Below are positions 10,629 to 22,049 of a stretch of DNA of 64,000 bases, one piece after another (positions within the stretch are counted from its first letter, which is position 1; every line of letters begins with the position of its first letter). Source of the stretch: an uncultured delta proteobacterium (GTDB lineage: Bacteria > Desulfobacterota > BSN033 > UBA1163). Location: assembly GCA_963708295.1 (NCBI GenBank), contig CAVPSJ010000004.1, positions 96,001 to 160,000 on the forward strand. Direction: 5' to 3'. The translations under genes were made by a program, and so were the position numbers. A model generated the notes under the pieces. It ran no database searches, had not been told where the DNA came from, and saw nothing but the letters and a program-made list of their open reading frames with translations.

Positions 10629-11944
10629 TCAGAAATAGTACCTCACCCTTAATTCAATCCTGTAGTCGTTCTGTTTTTCACCGAATTCGCTTCCTTTCTG
10701 CTCCCACCAGGGCGATTCCCTTTAACCGGAACTCCAAATTCTTAATCCCGGTATATAAGAGTTCCGGAGAAATGGAAAGGCTTCGATCATTGAGGTTCAT
10801 GATTGTTGTGATGGCGGGCGTAAAGTAAAGGATATTGAAAGGGTTCTTTCTGGCTGATCCGGAGGTAGAGGTAATCCTTGCATCGGATTGGGTCTTCCAT
10901 AATTGCCTTCGGTCACACTCGCCGCTTTCTTCAACAGGGAATCGTTCCCATTTAATAGAAACAGGTCGTAACCCCTGTCGATGAAGGTAAAGTAGTCTTT
11001 CATTTCAAGACGGCTAAATCCGGTTCCATTTCGGTAGTACTCAAAAATAAATGTCGTATCTGAAGCAGTCAGGTATCGGATTCCAAGGAGGTAACTCTTG
11101 GCATCAAATTTTGCTTCAGAAATGTTCCCCTGGCTGTCGATGACTCTGCTTCTTTTGATTATTGATAAAGGCAAACTCCCCGTGGATTTCGAGATTGGTG
11201 GTGATGTTTCTTGAAAAATCCATTCCCACCCGGTTCGTCTTGCTCTCTCCTGTCATGGCCATGAGATCGATGTCCGTATCATAAAGAAGAAGGTAGAGTT
11301 TTCCGGCGAAGTTGAGCCCGTTTATCTGTCCCGAAATCGTCGTTGACATCCTTATAAACAGGAAAGATCACGGGAGTGAACGAGACCGTTTTCAAGCGGA
11401 CCCTGGAAGCTCTTGATATAATCCGCCGAGGCCAGTGATATATCCTTCACGGGCAAGTTCGGGGTCATCAGGATCTTTGGGCCTGCTGACAAAGGCTACC
11501 GGATTCCAGGCATACCCCTTTCCCCAGAGCAGGGTCTGCTTTCCGAAGTTGAAGCTGAGAGAGGAGGAGGGTTTAAGGGAAAGATATCCTTCATAGATCA
11601 TACTCTTGGGCTCATTGTGGTCCCAGCCGAGATAGGAGTATTGCAAATCGAAATTGGTCCTGACGAAAAGACGGGCAATCCCTTTTTCGAGACTTCCTTC
11701 AACTGGAGCTTTCCATTGTATTCCTCGATCGTTTTCCCTTCGTCACGGTTATAAAATTTGAGCTTGTACAGGGCTGCATCCCTGTCCAGGCCAAAAAGGA
11801 CCGGCCTGAATTCCACATAGCCACCCACATGATAGGGTTTCTTCTCTATTTCGGAGAGATCAAATTTATACTCCTCTTCGGCGAAGGCGAAGGAGCCAGA
11901 AAGAGGGTCAGCGCTTGCAACAAGGATATGAGAAGCCTTTTCAT
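10629..11944 (-). CDS. Putative outer-membrane beta-barrel protein, frameshifted
   Basis: GKQTLLWGKGYAWNP segment; C-terminal RVRYYF; follows the LolA-like gene. Confidence 0.65.
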
Positions 11945-12056
11945 TCTCAACGATCTCATTGAATCGGTTAGCACGAACAAAATCACCTCCCCGCAAGGGG
12001 ATCCTGTTCATCAAGATCCTCGCTATCTTGGAATCCTTATTCTTCTGGCGATGATC

Positions 12057-12797
12057 CTATTTTCTCAACGACTCGATGTTCGGCATGAAGGTCAGGGTAA
12101 AGACCTCATCCTTGAAATCTTTCTGTTTGATCTTGGCAAAGATCATGATTGATTTATACCCCTTATAGAGAGGGCTATCCGTCTCGATGACCGAGGGTCT
12201 GACAATCCCACCTCCAAAATCTTTGATTTCCTTAAAATAGAGTGTCTTGATCAGCATCGAGGCCTCTGTCAGACATTCGATCTTTGTGGGTAGCTTCTTA
12301 TTCTTATCTGCCCATAGTTTGATCCTGATCGTAGGCAACCGTCTTTGTCTTTGCCTTGAGATAAAGGAGATATTCATTCCCTGTTTCTTCAACCTTTTCC
12401 ACATTATATTCTGCTGCATAATCCAGACTGCAGGATATCCGCATTGTTGAAAACTCCTCCGATCACGGACTGAAGGCTGGTGATCCGGACCGGTTTCCCC
12501 ACATTGGGAATATAAAGCCACATGTTATCTCCCAAGCCGCAAGGTGCTTCTTCCCTTTTCACTCGCCGGAGCAAGAAAGAGCGCCGCAACCTTGTCCACA
12601 CCTTTCTTGACCGAGAAGAGAGTATATTCCATCTTCCGGCCATTCGGCTCAACATTGATGAGCTTTCGATACATTTCATACGATTCGGGGTTGAGATTTC
12701 GGTCAATCTGCTTCAATAGCTGGGTGCCATCAATGGCATAGGCCGGAACGGCAATGAGCAGAGCAAACAAACAAATCAGAATTTTCTTCATATCCAA
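12057..12797 (-). CDS. LolA-like outer-membrane lipoprotein-sorting protein, frameshifted
   Basis: Signal peptide; FLAPASEKG; DNMWLYIP..VRI. Confidence 0.8.
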
Positions 12798-12811
12798 CCT
12801 CTCTTTCTGTG

Positions 12812-12897
12812 CTTTAGGTCTAAGGTTTAAGGTTCAAGGTGAAAGATTAAAACATAGTTCTTTGCCTTTGACCTTTCACCTTTAACCTTTCACCTTC
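12812..12897. repeat. Mirrored heptamer array
   Basis: (AAGGTNN)n, spacer, then (ACCTTTN)n. Confidence 0.7.
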
Positions 12898-12898
12898 T

Positions 12899-14141
12899 TT
12901 ATACATGTCTCAGGGCCTTAATCGGTTCCATTCTCGATGCCTTGAAGGCCGGCTGTAAACTGGCAACCACCGAGATGAAGATGACAATGAGAGAGATCAT
13001 CAGAACATCGCACGGAGCGATGGTGGCCGAAAGGACAAGCCCTGTTTCCCTCCCGAAATCAAAGGTGATCCCAACACGATTGAGGATGAGAATGATAATC
13101 AGCCCTATCAGGTCACCCGCCAGCGCTCCCATCGTTCCGAGAAATAATCCTTCCAGGACAAACATCGATAGAATTTTTCCCGGCAGCGTGCCGATGGCCG
13201 CGATCGTACCAATCTCCCTTATCCTCTCATAGACCGCCATGATCATCACATTCATGATACTGACCAGGACCACAGCGATCAGCATGAGCTTGATAAAGAA
13301 GGCCATGACATCGATCATTCTGGCAATATTGTAGAAAGGAGAGAGTTTTTCCCAGGTATGAACCTCGTAAATGGGTTTGCCCTGTTTGTTGACCTCCCCG
13401 GAAAGGAGTCTTTCAAGTTTGTCACTGAAGGCATGGAGCTGTCCGAAATTCTTCAACCGGATGGCCACCTCGCTCACTTCCATCTCCTCCATTCTCAAGA
13501 CTTCCATTGCATCTTCAATATGGATGTAACCATCTCTGCCGCCAGGCCCTGTGACGCTTTCGAGAACACCCGCAACTTTGAACTGTTTTCCATTGACAGA
13601 ACCATCCTTGTTCGTGGCGATAATGACTACCGTATCGCCTACATTCACTTTCATGCTTTTCGACATGAGGTCAGGAATCCAGATCTCTCCTTTTTCGAGA
13701 GTCTTTTTTGCGCCATTTGTAACCCTCGATGGAAGGAGGGGAACCGTCTTTAAATTCCCGGTCCGGATAGACCCCATTCAGTCTTATGTTGGTCGTCTCC
13801 ACAAAGGTGCTGAACATCCCCCCGAATTTTATCCGGGGAGAGAAGGCTTCAACTTCAGGCTGCTGTTTGAGAATCCCTTCCAATTTCTGATAAGCCTGCA
13901 GTTTGAGGTTGAGATTGAGGGGAAGGTTATCGATGGAGGCCAAATAACCCTTCCTGTGAACCTCCAGGTGCCCCAACATCGAATCGGTCATCTGTCCGAT
14001 CATCATGTTCTTGAAAGAACCGCTTATCGAAATGAAGAGAAGAACGAAAACAACCCCGATCGTCACAAGAGAGGCTGTAAGCAGCGTTCTTCTCTTGTAT
14101 CTTAGAAGATTTCTGATGGCGATTTTCAATAGATTACGCAT
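12899..14141 (-). CDS. ABC transporter permease (LolE/FtsX type), frameshifted
   Basis: RNLLRYKRRT; ERIREIGTIAAIG; EPIKALRHV. Confidence 0.9.
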
Positions 14142-14873
14142 TTTTCTTTCCTCCTTTGACCTGTTTTCCAACCAGTTCTCCATCCTCCAGAGTGTAGATA
14201 ATCTCCGCTTCACCCACGATCTTCTGGTCATGGGTGGAGAAGATGAAGGTTGTCTGAAACTCATCCCTCATCTTTTTCATCGACTCAAGGACCAGAAATG
14301 CCGTCTTATGATCGAGATTTGCGGTCGGCTCATCGGCCAGGACCAGTTTCGGATTTGTGACCAGGGCTCTCGCAATGGCCACCCTCTGCTTCTGCCCGCC
14401 GGAGATCTGGTCGGGGTATTTGTCCTTTTGATCAATCATCCCAACCGCCTCCAGCAGTGGTCAGAATTCTCTTTTTCCTTTCTCCTCCGGGAACATTCTG
14501 GACCATGAGAAGAGGGTATTCGATATTTTCATAAACCGTAAGAACAGGGATGAGGTTGAAGTCCTGAAAGATGAACCCGATGATTGTTTCCCCGGAACGA
14601 AGCGCTCTGTTTCCGGTCAAGATGCAACACATCGGTGCCCGCAACCTCCAGTTTGCCTTCCGTGGGCTTATCGAGACACCCGATCAAATTGAGAAGCGTT
14701 GTCTTGCCGCTTCCCGAGGGTCCGACAAAGGAGACAAAGGAGGCAGGTTCGATTTCAAAACTCACCTCATTCAATGCCCTGATCGCAATCTCCCCTGCCG
14801 TGTAGTCTTTGCTTACCTTTGTTGCCACGACACTGTAAATCTTGGTGATATTCTCTGCCACTACAAGTCCCAT
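14134..14873 (-). CDS. ABC transporter ATP-binding protein, frameshifted
   Basis: [33 protein letters not shown]. Confidence 0.9.
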
Positions 14874-15006
14874 AATTTCTCCTTTCTTAATAGAATGTGA
14901 TCAGGCCCCGCTATCTCTAGATTATCTCGGATTCTTGGGGTTTCCTAAGTCATGTCCCGGAGTCATTTCTTTGCAACTACATATATGATAGCATTTGTCT
15001 CTTTTT

Positions 15007-15810
15007 TCAGGGAAGAGTTTTTTTGAAAGGCTTTCTACTGTTCCTCCGGACAAAATGGGCATGGAAGATACTGAAGACAGTGAAAGGGGGATAGAGGATG
15101 ACGACCATCTGAAACAGGTAGACGAGAGCTTGCGTTTTTGAGAACTGACCAAAAAGACTGAAGACCCCGTAGAGTCCAAAGACAATGGGCATGAGGGTCC
15201 CCACATATTTTCCAACCATTTTGATTTCATAATCCTTTCGGTTAAAGTACCTAATCCCCAGATCATCCAAGGTCCAGAGAGTGGATAGAAGAAGGGAGAC
15301 AAGAACCGTGATGCCCGTGACAATCAAGAGTCGCCCGGTCTGAAATTGTCCTCGGGGCAAAAAAATAGAGGCTGATGGCTGCCGATCCTGTAACGATCTG
15401 AAGAACACAGAGGAGTTTTGTGGCAAAGAGAAGTCCGATGCCAATCCCTTGAAACGGTCGGAAGAGCCAATGCTTTATAGGATCGAATTTCTAATTCCTG
15501 TTTTCCCTCTACTTGAATAAGGACCCCTTTCATTCTTCGGAAAACAAGATCGAGTTTGCCGTAGATAGGCAACAGCATATAGAGAGGGAGGCAGAGGAGA
15601 AGGGTGAAATCGAAAAAACCGGAGAAACCCCAGATAGATTGACTCCCATCCTCTTGAGAAGGTGAAATCCCCCAAAAAGATGGAGACGACGATGCTGAAA
15701 ATTAAGATCAGAAGTGCGGGCCAGGCATTTTTAGACCAGCGATGGAAATTATTTGAAGGGGTTAAGTAGATCATCATCATTACCCGAAATAGTTTATCGT
15801 TGAATATCAA
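15007..15810 (-). CDS. Hypothetical multi-pass membrane protein, frameshifted
   Basis: Consecutive hydrophobic fragments within the operon. Confidence 0.5.
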
Positions 15811-15992
15811 AAAAAAGCAGAAGTAGATTGAAACTGCTTCTCGATGATCTGGAAAACATGGTCCAATTCATCCAAATATCCACGGCATTTCTCACATTGA
15901 GAGAGGTGCTTTTGAAGGGCACCGGCTCTCCCCCTTAATTCCTGATGGGAAAAAAGGGTTAACGGAACTTCGTATCTTCCGCAGGGATTCAT
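15807..15992 (-). CDS. Small zf-HC2 domain protein
   Basis: C..HLSQCEKC motif; GAGGAG RBS. Confidence 0.6.
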   Translation of the reverse strand: MNPCGRYEVPLTLFSHQELRGRAGALQKHLSQCEKCRGYLDELDHVFQIIEKQFQSTSAFF

Positions 15993-16003
15993 CTTCCTCT
16001 CCT

Positions 16004-16345
16004 CTATTTAGACTTTTCAGATCGGATGGCCTCAGCGGATACCTCTGATATTGGTTCGGGTCGCCGAAGGTCATTCCCGCAGAATGGACAGAAGGGCCAT
16101 TTTCCTTCTTTTGAAACGGTTGATCCTTTTGATCGGAAAAGGAAATTGAAAAACAGGAATCCGATGGCAAACATGGCTGCCAGCGCCAAGAAGGGAAAGA
16201 AAGGAAAGAGCCTTGGGCCGAAATAATGGAATCTCCAGCCAAAAGAGGGATGCAACGGCCAGAAGGGAAAGAAAGAATAATAGATAAATAAGAAAAGAAT
16301 ACCTATCCCTGCAAAAAAGAATCCCCAACGCATTGTATTTTTCAT
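16004..16345 (-). CDS. Small membrane protein with C-terminal CxxC (CPFCG)
   Basis: Two hydrophobic segments; GGAGG RBS. Confidence 0.6.
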   Translation of the reverse strand: MKNTMRWGFFFAGIGILFLFIYYSFFPFWPLHPSFGWRFHYFGPRLFPFFPFLALAAMFAIGFLFFNFLFRSKGSTVSKEGKWPFCPFCGNDLRRPEPISEVSAEAIRSEKSK

Positions 16346-16379
16346 CGATTGTTCCTCCTTTATAAACGTATTATTCTTT

Positions 16380-16904
16380 CTACCAACGTGCTCCTCTTCG
16401 AGGGCCTCTCCCTACTCCCATCCTCGTTTCGTATCCCGTATCCATGCCCAATAAGCAGTCCTGAGGAAGTCGATCCAATTGGTCCTTCGTAAAGATAGAT
16501 CGAGCTTTAATCTGATATGAAAGCGAGAGATTATCAAGTTTTGCTCTGAAGTTCTGAAATCCTTCTTCTGTCGATCCAACAGGATGCTTGGATTGAACAT
16601 TCGGGTCTCGAATTAAATGGCACAATTCAAACCTTAAGGACATAAGCTCCCTTCTCAGTGGTAAGGCCTCTGCTCCATAGTCACGCTGAAGGGTTTCGAG
16701 TGCTTTTATCTGCTCCTCGCTGAGGACCAAATCAGAAGATTCCCAACAAGCTCCCGTGGCTGTCCCGTCTCAGCATAGGCTCATTCTGAGGATGGAAAGG
16801 AGGTTGGGCCTTCGATAGCTGGACGCCAAATATGATCGATATAAAAAGTATAATTGCGAGAAGAATTCTTTCAGGCCGATATAGCCCTATTCCCTTCCTA
16901 GCAT
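16380..16904 (-). CDS. Spy/CpxP-family periplasmic protein, frameshifted
   Basis: LSEEQ..IFTKDQ (LTxxQ-like motifs); Gly/Arg-rich tail. Confidence 0.65.
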
Positions 16905-17283
16905 ATTTGAACCCTTTCTGATCCTGACAGGGTATCCAATAAGGTGTGTAGTTCATCCCAATTGACCGGTTTCGAGAAGAAACCATCCAATTTTTCTTGC
17001 TTGGCCTTGCATTTTAACTTCTTCAGCCGGAAAACCGGTGATCATAATCGTAAGAAGCCTTGGCTGGATCATTCTGGCATTCCGAATCAATTCAAAGCCG
17101 TCCATCCCCGGCATGCTGAAGGTCAGTGATGAGAATAGTGAAAGATTCCTGTTTAAGTCGGGCGATTGCCTCTTCTGCCAGAGCACAGGAGAAGGTTTCG
17201 TAATTGTAACTTTGAAGAAGCTTTTCCATTGCTCCTCTTGAGAAGGCGTCATCCTCTACAATCAGAATCTTTTGGGTTTTCAT
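16898..17283 (-). CDS. Stand-alone response regulator receiver, frameshifted
   Basis: ILIVEDD, ITDL.MPGMDG, IMITG, EKP. Confidence 0.8.
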
Positions 17284-17311
17284 TTTTCTCCCCTTTTCTG
17301 AATGGAAAGGG

Positions 17312-17341
17312 AGCAGGGCGGAGAAATCTCTCCGCCCTGCT
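17312..17341 (-). terminator. GC-rich hairpin after the Spy-like gene
   Basis: AGCAGGGCGGAGA-N4-TCTCCGCCCTGCT; weak U-tract. Confidence 0.45.
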
Positions 17342-17349
17342 GTTCGAGT

Positions 17350-17855
17350 TTACCAGCGGCCCATGGGGCCCATCATCCCCATTCTTGGACCAAAGCCTCT
17401 GGGACCGAAACCTGCACCAGGGCCAAATCCCGCGCCTTGATTGAAAGCAGGCATCTGAGCCAGTTGCTCCGGTGTGAGCACTTTCCTGATTTCGAGCCCA
17501 AGATTAGTGGCCTTCTCCTGGAGCTGAGACCGGAGATCAAACATCTCCTTCTGCTTTGCTGCAATTGTAGCCTGGTCAGGATTCGGACTCTGCCAGAGGT
17601 TCCGGAGCTCTGTGCCCCTTTGTGTAAAGCTCTTTCTGAAGAGGTTCAATCTCTTTCAGAAAGCCATCCCTCAAAGCCTGGATCTGAGCAGATTGCTCAG
17701 CCGTCAAGTTCGGAATGGGTGGGGAACCGATACGCCGGTCCTCCAAAACCCCGACCGAACCCGGGCCCGAAGCCAGGACCCCAGGCCAGAGCAACAGTAG
17801 CCACCAATGCCAGCACTAAAATCAGACCTAAACCAATGATTGTGGTCTTCTTCAT
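17350..17855 (-). CDS. Spy/CpxP/ZraP-family periplasmic chaperone, frameshifted
   Basis: Signal peptide, NLTAEQ, VLTPEQ, GPG/GMM-rich termini. Confidence 0.8.
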
Positions 17856-17998
17856 GGAAATCACCTCCTTTCTTTGCGATTTTCAGCATCCTCAGTGTGT
17901 GTTTCTTGACCTCTGAGGAGAAAATGGTCGATAGAATTTCTTACGTAGTAATCTTACGAATGAGATGAATTAAATAGACGAGTTACTTTTGATGGAAA

Positions 17999-18307
17999 TT
18001 AACAGCGAAGGGGAACAGAATTGAAGGTTACATTGGAATGAATGGAGTCAGGATCCAAAACCTGGATATCGAAAGTAGGTGTTGATTCCTGATCCAGTGA
18101 AGTTGAATTTAAATTTACGATGGTGGGATCGTCATGAGAGACGATGGAATGGAAAGGACAGTGATTGCTCCATTGGACTTGCTTGCAGTGAGTGAAAGGA
18201 CCCCCGCTCGCTAATTTGTGAGCCATGTTTAAGGGGGTCATCCCAAGAAGAATGGGAATGAGAAGGATTGCAGGGATAAGAATTAATAATTTGTGTCTAC
18301 TTAACAT
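17999..18307 (-). CDS. Hypothetical secreted His/Cys-motif protein, first gene of the operon
   Basis: Hydrophobic N-terminus, HC..HCPFH, C-terminal PLRC. Confidence 0.6.
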   Translation of the reverse strand: MLSRHKLLILIPAILLIPILLGMTPLNMAHKLASGGPFTHCKQVQWSNHCPFHSIVSHDDPTIVNLNSTSLDQESTPTFDIQVLDPDSIHSNVTFNSVPLRC

Positions 18308-18344
18308 CGGAACCTCTATGAGTTAAACCTGACTCTGTAAGTAA

Positions 18345-18360
18345 AGCAACTTTGATGCCA
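18345..18360 (-). promoter_or_regulatory. Sigma54 promoter
   Basis: TGGCATCAAAGTTGCT (GG-N10-GC). Confidence 0.75.
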
Positions 18361-18460
18361 GAATCTGAAACATCTTTGGAAGGAGGTTGAATGTTCAGGA
18401 ATCACAAGGAGTTGGTAGATTTTTGGAAGGTTCGAAATCTATTCGAAGAATTAAGTTCTC

Positions 18461-18567
18461 TCGACAATGATGTCGATTGCAGTTTGCGCCAAATCGCCAA
18501 TTTTCATTTTAATATCAAGCATTCAAATCTTTCGACAAAGCTTTTCACGATCTCGACAAAATCGTCG
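18461..18567. promoter_or_regulatory. Candidate enhancer-binding-protein sites
   Basis: TCGACA-N4-TGTCGA at 18461; related TCGACAAA sites at 18532 and 18553, 100-200 bp upstream of the sigma54 site. Confidence 0.45.
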
Positions 18568-18601
18568 CAGATCTCCTTCACTCCACGTTTAGGAAGAATA
18601 C

Positions 18602-19656
18602 TTAATCCATTGAAGGGAGCAACGGAACCTTCAGGACGTCTTCCGGAATCTTTCCTGTTAAGGATTTCAAAAATGTGACGATCTCTTCGACCTGAGACTT
18701 GTTAAGGTCTTTCCCAGCTGAATTTTCCCCATGATCCAAACCGCATCCTCAAGCTTGTCCACGGAGCCGTCGTGGAAATAAGGGGCGGTCTTTGCAACAT
18801 TTCTGTGGATCGGCACTTTAAAGACGTATTTATCGGCCTCGTTTTTCGTGACGACATATCTTCCTTCATCTATCGGTTCACTCTTCGTATATTTCCAGTA
18901 GGGCTCAAATATTCCAGATTTTTGATACACCTGTCCGCCAACATAGGGGCCGGAATGGCACATGATGCACCCTGCTTCCATATATGTTTTTAATCCCCTT
19001 TTCTCTTGTCCATTCAATGCGGCGATATCGCCTTTTAAAAAGGAATCAAAGGGGGAAGGAGTAACGAGTGTCCTCTCAAAAGCACCAATTGCTTTTGCAA
19101 GATTATCTACCGTTACTGGATCGGTTTCTCCCGGGAATGCCTTCTTAAACAGGTCCATATATCCTTTGATCTCTTTAAGCTTTTTTTCTACGGCCTCATT
19201 CGACGGCATCCCAAAGGAAGGCGGACCGATCACCGATTGCCTTGCCTGGTCTTCCACATCTGTTCGGTTTCCTATCCAATGGGCGGAAATCTGTCCTGCT
19301 GCATTAAAAAGGGTGGGGGCATTTCTTGGATTGACTTTGCAATTATTCCCGATCGACTTCTTTAGCCCATCCGCCGCATATAAACCGATCGGATGGCATC
19401 TCGCACAGCTGACTGTTCCGTCTACGGAGATCCGCGTTTCATAAAAAAGTATTTTCCCTAATTTCGACCTTTTCAGGGGTGATCGGATTTTTATCAGACG
19501 ACATCACCTGCGGCAAAGGACCGAAAATCTGTTTTGCCTGTTTTAGCAAGTCTTCATCTCCGTTGTCAGCCAGCGACGACCCTGCAAAGCATACGATTAA
19601 GAAAGATAGAATCATTCTCAAAATAGGATGATGATCCAATCTCTTTTCCTTCCCAT
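18602..19656 (-). CDS. Di-heme cytochrome c peroxidase (CcpA/MauG family), frameshifted
   Basis: CARCH and CIMCH heme motifs, NAPT, FKVP..RN..TAPYFHDGS. Confidence 0.85.
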
Positions 19657-19699
19657 GAGATCCTCCTTTACTGACATACTTCCTCCTCGATCATGAAAC

Positions 19700-20927
19700 T
19701 TAAACATAACCCAATACGGATAGTACCCAGCCGACGGCAGCTCCTCCAAGAATCAACCAGGTGGCGTTGACCTTCCAGCGAAAACTCACCCCGAGAGCGG
19801 CCAGAGCGATTAGCCATGCAGGGAAACCCGTGAGCGTCGTTTGACCCAATTTCACGATGACTGCCAACATGAGAGCAACCGAGCTCACATTCACTGCATC
19901 GAGGAAAGCAGAAGTCCAAGAGGAGCGGCGTAGGCGGGGGACAATAGGGTTGAGAGCGGCAACGAAGAAAAATGAAGGGAGAAAAATAGCAACGGTCGAG
20001 ACGACAGCACCCGGTATGCCCGATATCACATAACCGATAAAAGTAGCAGCCGAAAGCACAGGGCCAGGCGTGAATTGTCCAATGGCGATAGCGTCAAGCA
20101 GTTGTTGCTGAGAAAGCCAGCCGTAGTCGTGGACGAGCCCACCTTCTAAGAACGCCACCAACACATAACCGCTGCCAAAAAGAACTGCGCCGACCTTGAG
20201 AAAGAAGAGCTCCCAGTTTCAATAACGAAAAACCAATCGGCCCGCTGAAACCAACTGCCATCATTGCCACCGTCCCCGCCACCGACCCCCATGATATCCG
20301 CACATTATGAAGAAGTGCGCCTATGGCGGTACTGATCCCTGCAGTTATCTCAAGGACCGAGGGAGTTCCTCTCCGAGGAGGCAGCCGCAGCCAGAACATG
20401 CCGATAACTCCACCCAGGAGGAGCACAGCGATCTCGTTCATCTTGAGAAGAGAGGCAAGGGTCACGAACAAACCAATCACCAGAAGCCGCCAGCTTTTGA
20501 CGGCAGTTCTCCCCAGCCTCCAGACGGCGAAAAAAATAACGGCAAGAACAGCCGGCTTAATCCCGTAAAAGAATGGGATGACGTTTGGAAGTGACCCAAA
20601 CTTCACGTAAGCCCAGGCAAAAGCCGCTGTAATCACAACTGCAGGAAGAATGAAGGAAATGCCGGCAACGGCAAGCCCTGACCATCCTGCTCGTATATAC
20701 CCTATATGAATGGCCATCTCGGTGGAATTCGGCCCAGGGATTAGATTGGTTGCACCCACTAAATCCAGGAAATACTCTCGCGTGATCCACTTACGTCGCC
20801 GCACAATCTCCTCTTCCATCATCGCAATGTGGGCCGCCGGTCCGCCGAATCCAATCGTGCCAAGTTTGAGAAAAATACCTGCCAGTTCTTTCAATCGGGT
20901 GTTTTTCTTCGGATCTGGATCAACCAT
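19700..20927 (-). CDS. chrA: Chromate transporter, frameshifted
   Basis: KLGTIGFGGPAAH, NLIPGPNSTE, GQFTPGP. Confidence 0.9.
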
Positions 20928-20993
20928 TCTGCTTCGACCACTCCTTCAAGAACCTCTTCGAGTGTGCATTGCCTAATCGTCATGGGTTCTCGT

Positions 20994-21728
20994 TTATATG
21001 TTTGCCGTGAATTGCGACAGGTCGTAAATGCCCACTCTCTTTTCCAATTTTTCCACCTCGTCCACGATCTTCTCAAATCCATTCTTTCCGAAAAGCTTCT
21101 GTTCTTCATCCTCGAAGATGTCCCCCAGGCGATCATATTCCTCCGGGGAAACAATGGTGTGAAGGGCTGGAAATAGGACCGTATCTTCGCGGGCTTTGTG
21201 GGGACGATACATTCGAGTGAAGAGGCCCAAATATTTGGCCAGTCTCCCTTTCTCCCCGGGAGCCTTCAGTGAGGGGAGCATAGACAAGTCTCTGATACAA
21301 TCCGTCAAGCGCCGACCGGCTTGATGCTGTAGGAGCAATATTTTTACAAGATCGACAAACATCCCTGCCTTTTCAAATCTTGGGAAGAGGTAATTCTCCT
21401 CAAGTTTTTCATGGTAGTCTTCCACGAACCTGCGAATGAGCCCGGTTGAATTGACAAGAACTTCTGCAGGAACTTCCTTTCCGCTGTTTACACGTATGAT
21501 AATCTCATCGTAGACGAGGAGGATCCGGGCAAGCGCCCCATGTTCGCGCATCAGGTCTTCCACGGGAGAAATTTCTATCTCTTTCTGCTCCTGAGACCCC
21601 TTTTCCGGATTCGATTTTGCCGTTTCTTGAGCAATTAAATGAGCAGGTTGGATCACGGCTGCTGTGGCAATCAGGATTCCACTCTTTTTTATAAACTCTC
21701 TCCGTTGGGAATGGACCCCCTCTCTCAT
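20994..21728 (-). CDS. Tat-signal hemerythrin/HHE-domain protein
   Basis: QRREFIK; LMREH, YHEKLEE..LFP, HKAREDTVLFP. Confidence 0.8.
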   Translation of the reverse strand: MREGVHSQRREFIKKSGILIATAAVIQPAHLIAQETAKSNPEKGSQEQKEIEISPVEDLMREHGALARILLVYDEIIIRVNSGKEVPAEVLVNSTGLIRRFVEDYHEKLEENYLFPRFEKAGMFVDLVKILLLQHQAGRRLTDCIRDLSMLPSLKAPGEKGRLAKYLGLFTRMYRPHKAREDTVLFPALHTIVSPEEYDRLGDIFEDEEQKLFGKNGFEKIVDEVEKLEKRVGIYDLSQFTANI

Positions 21729-21874
21729 AAAAACCTCCTCTCCGGGATTTCATGTAAAGAAGCCTTTACATTATAAAGCTATTCGAATGACTCTGAAAAA
21801 TAAATAAGGTGAATCTTGTATTTTCTGACAAACTGTTGCGTATTTTGGGTGCGAGGCGTACAAAGGGAGCCTCC

Positions 21875-22016
21875 TTGATACTTCGACGGCGCCAAACCCC
21901 CTCCTCTTTAATACAGGGTGAAAAACGCCGCTTAGTATCAACCCTGAGCTCTCGACCCGAGCTCAGGCCGAAGGGCAAACCCCCGTGCTTTAGACCGGGG
22001 AAAGTCGAAGGGTTGA
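21875..22016. repeat. Composite REP-like palindromes
   Basis: TTGATACT..CGGCG / CGCCG..AGTATCAA overlapping TCAACCCT..AGGGTTGA, with internal hairpins. Confidence 0.6.
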
Positions 22017-22049
22017 TTTAACTCTCCAATTTCATTTAATATAGGGGTA

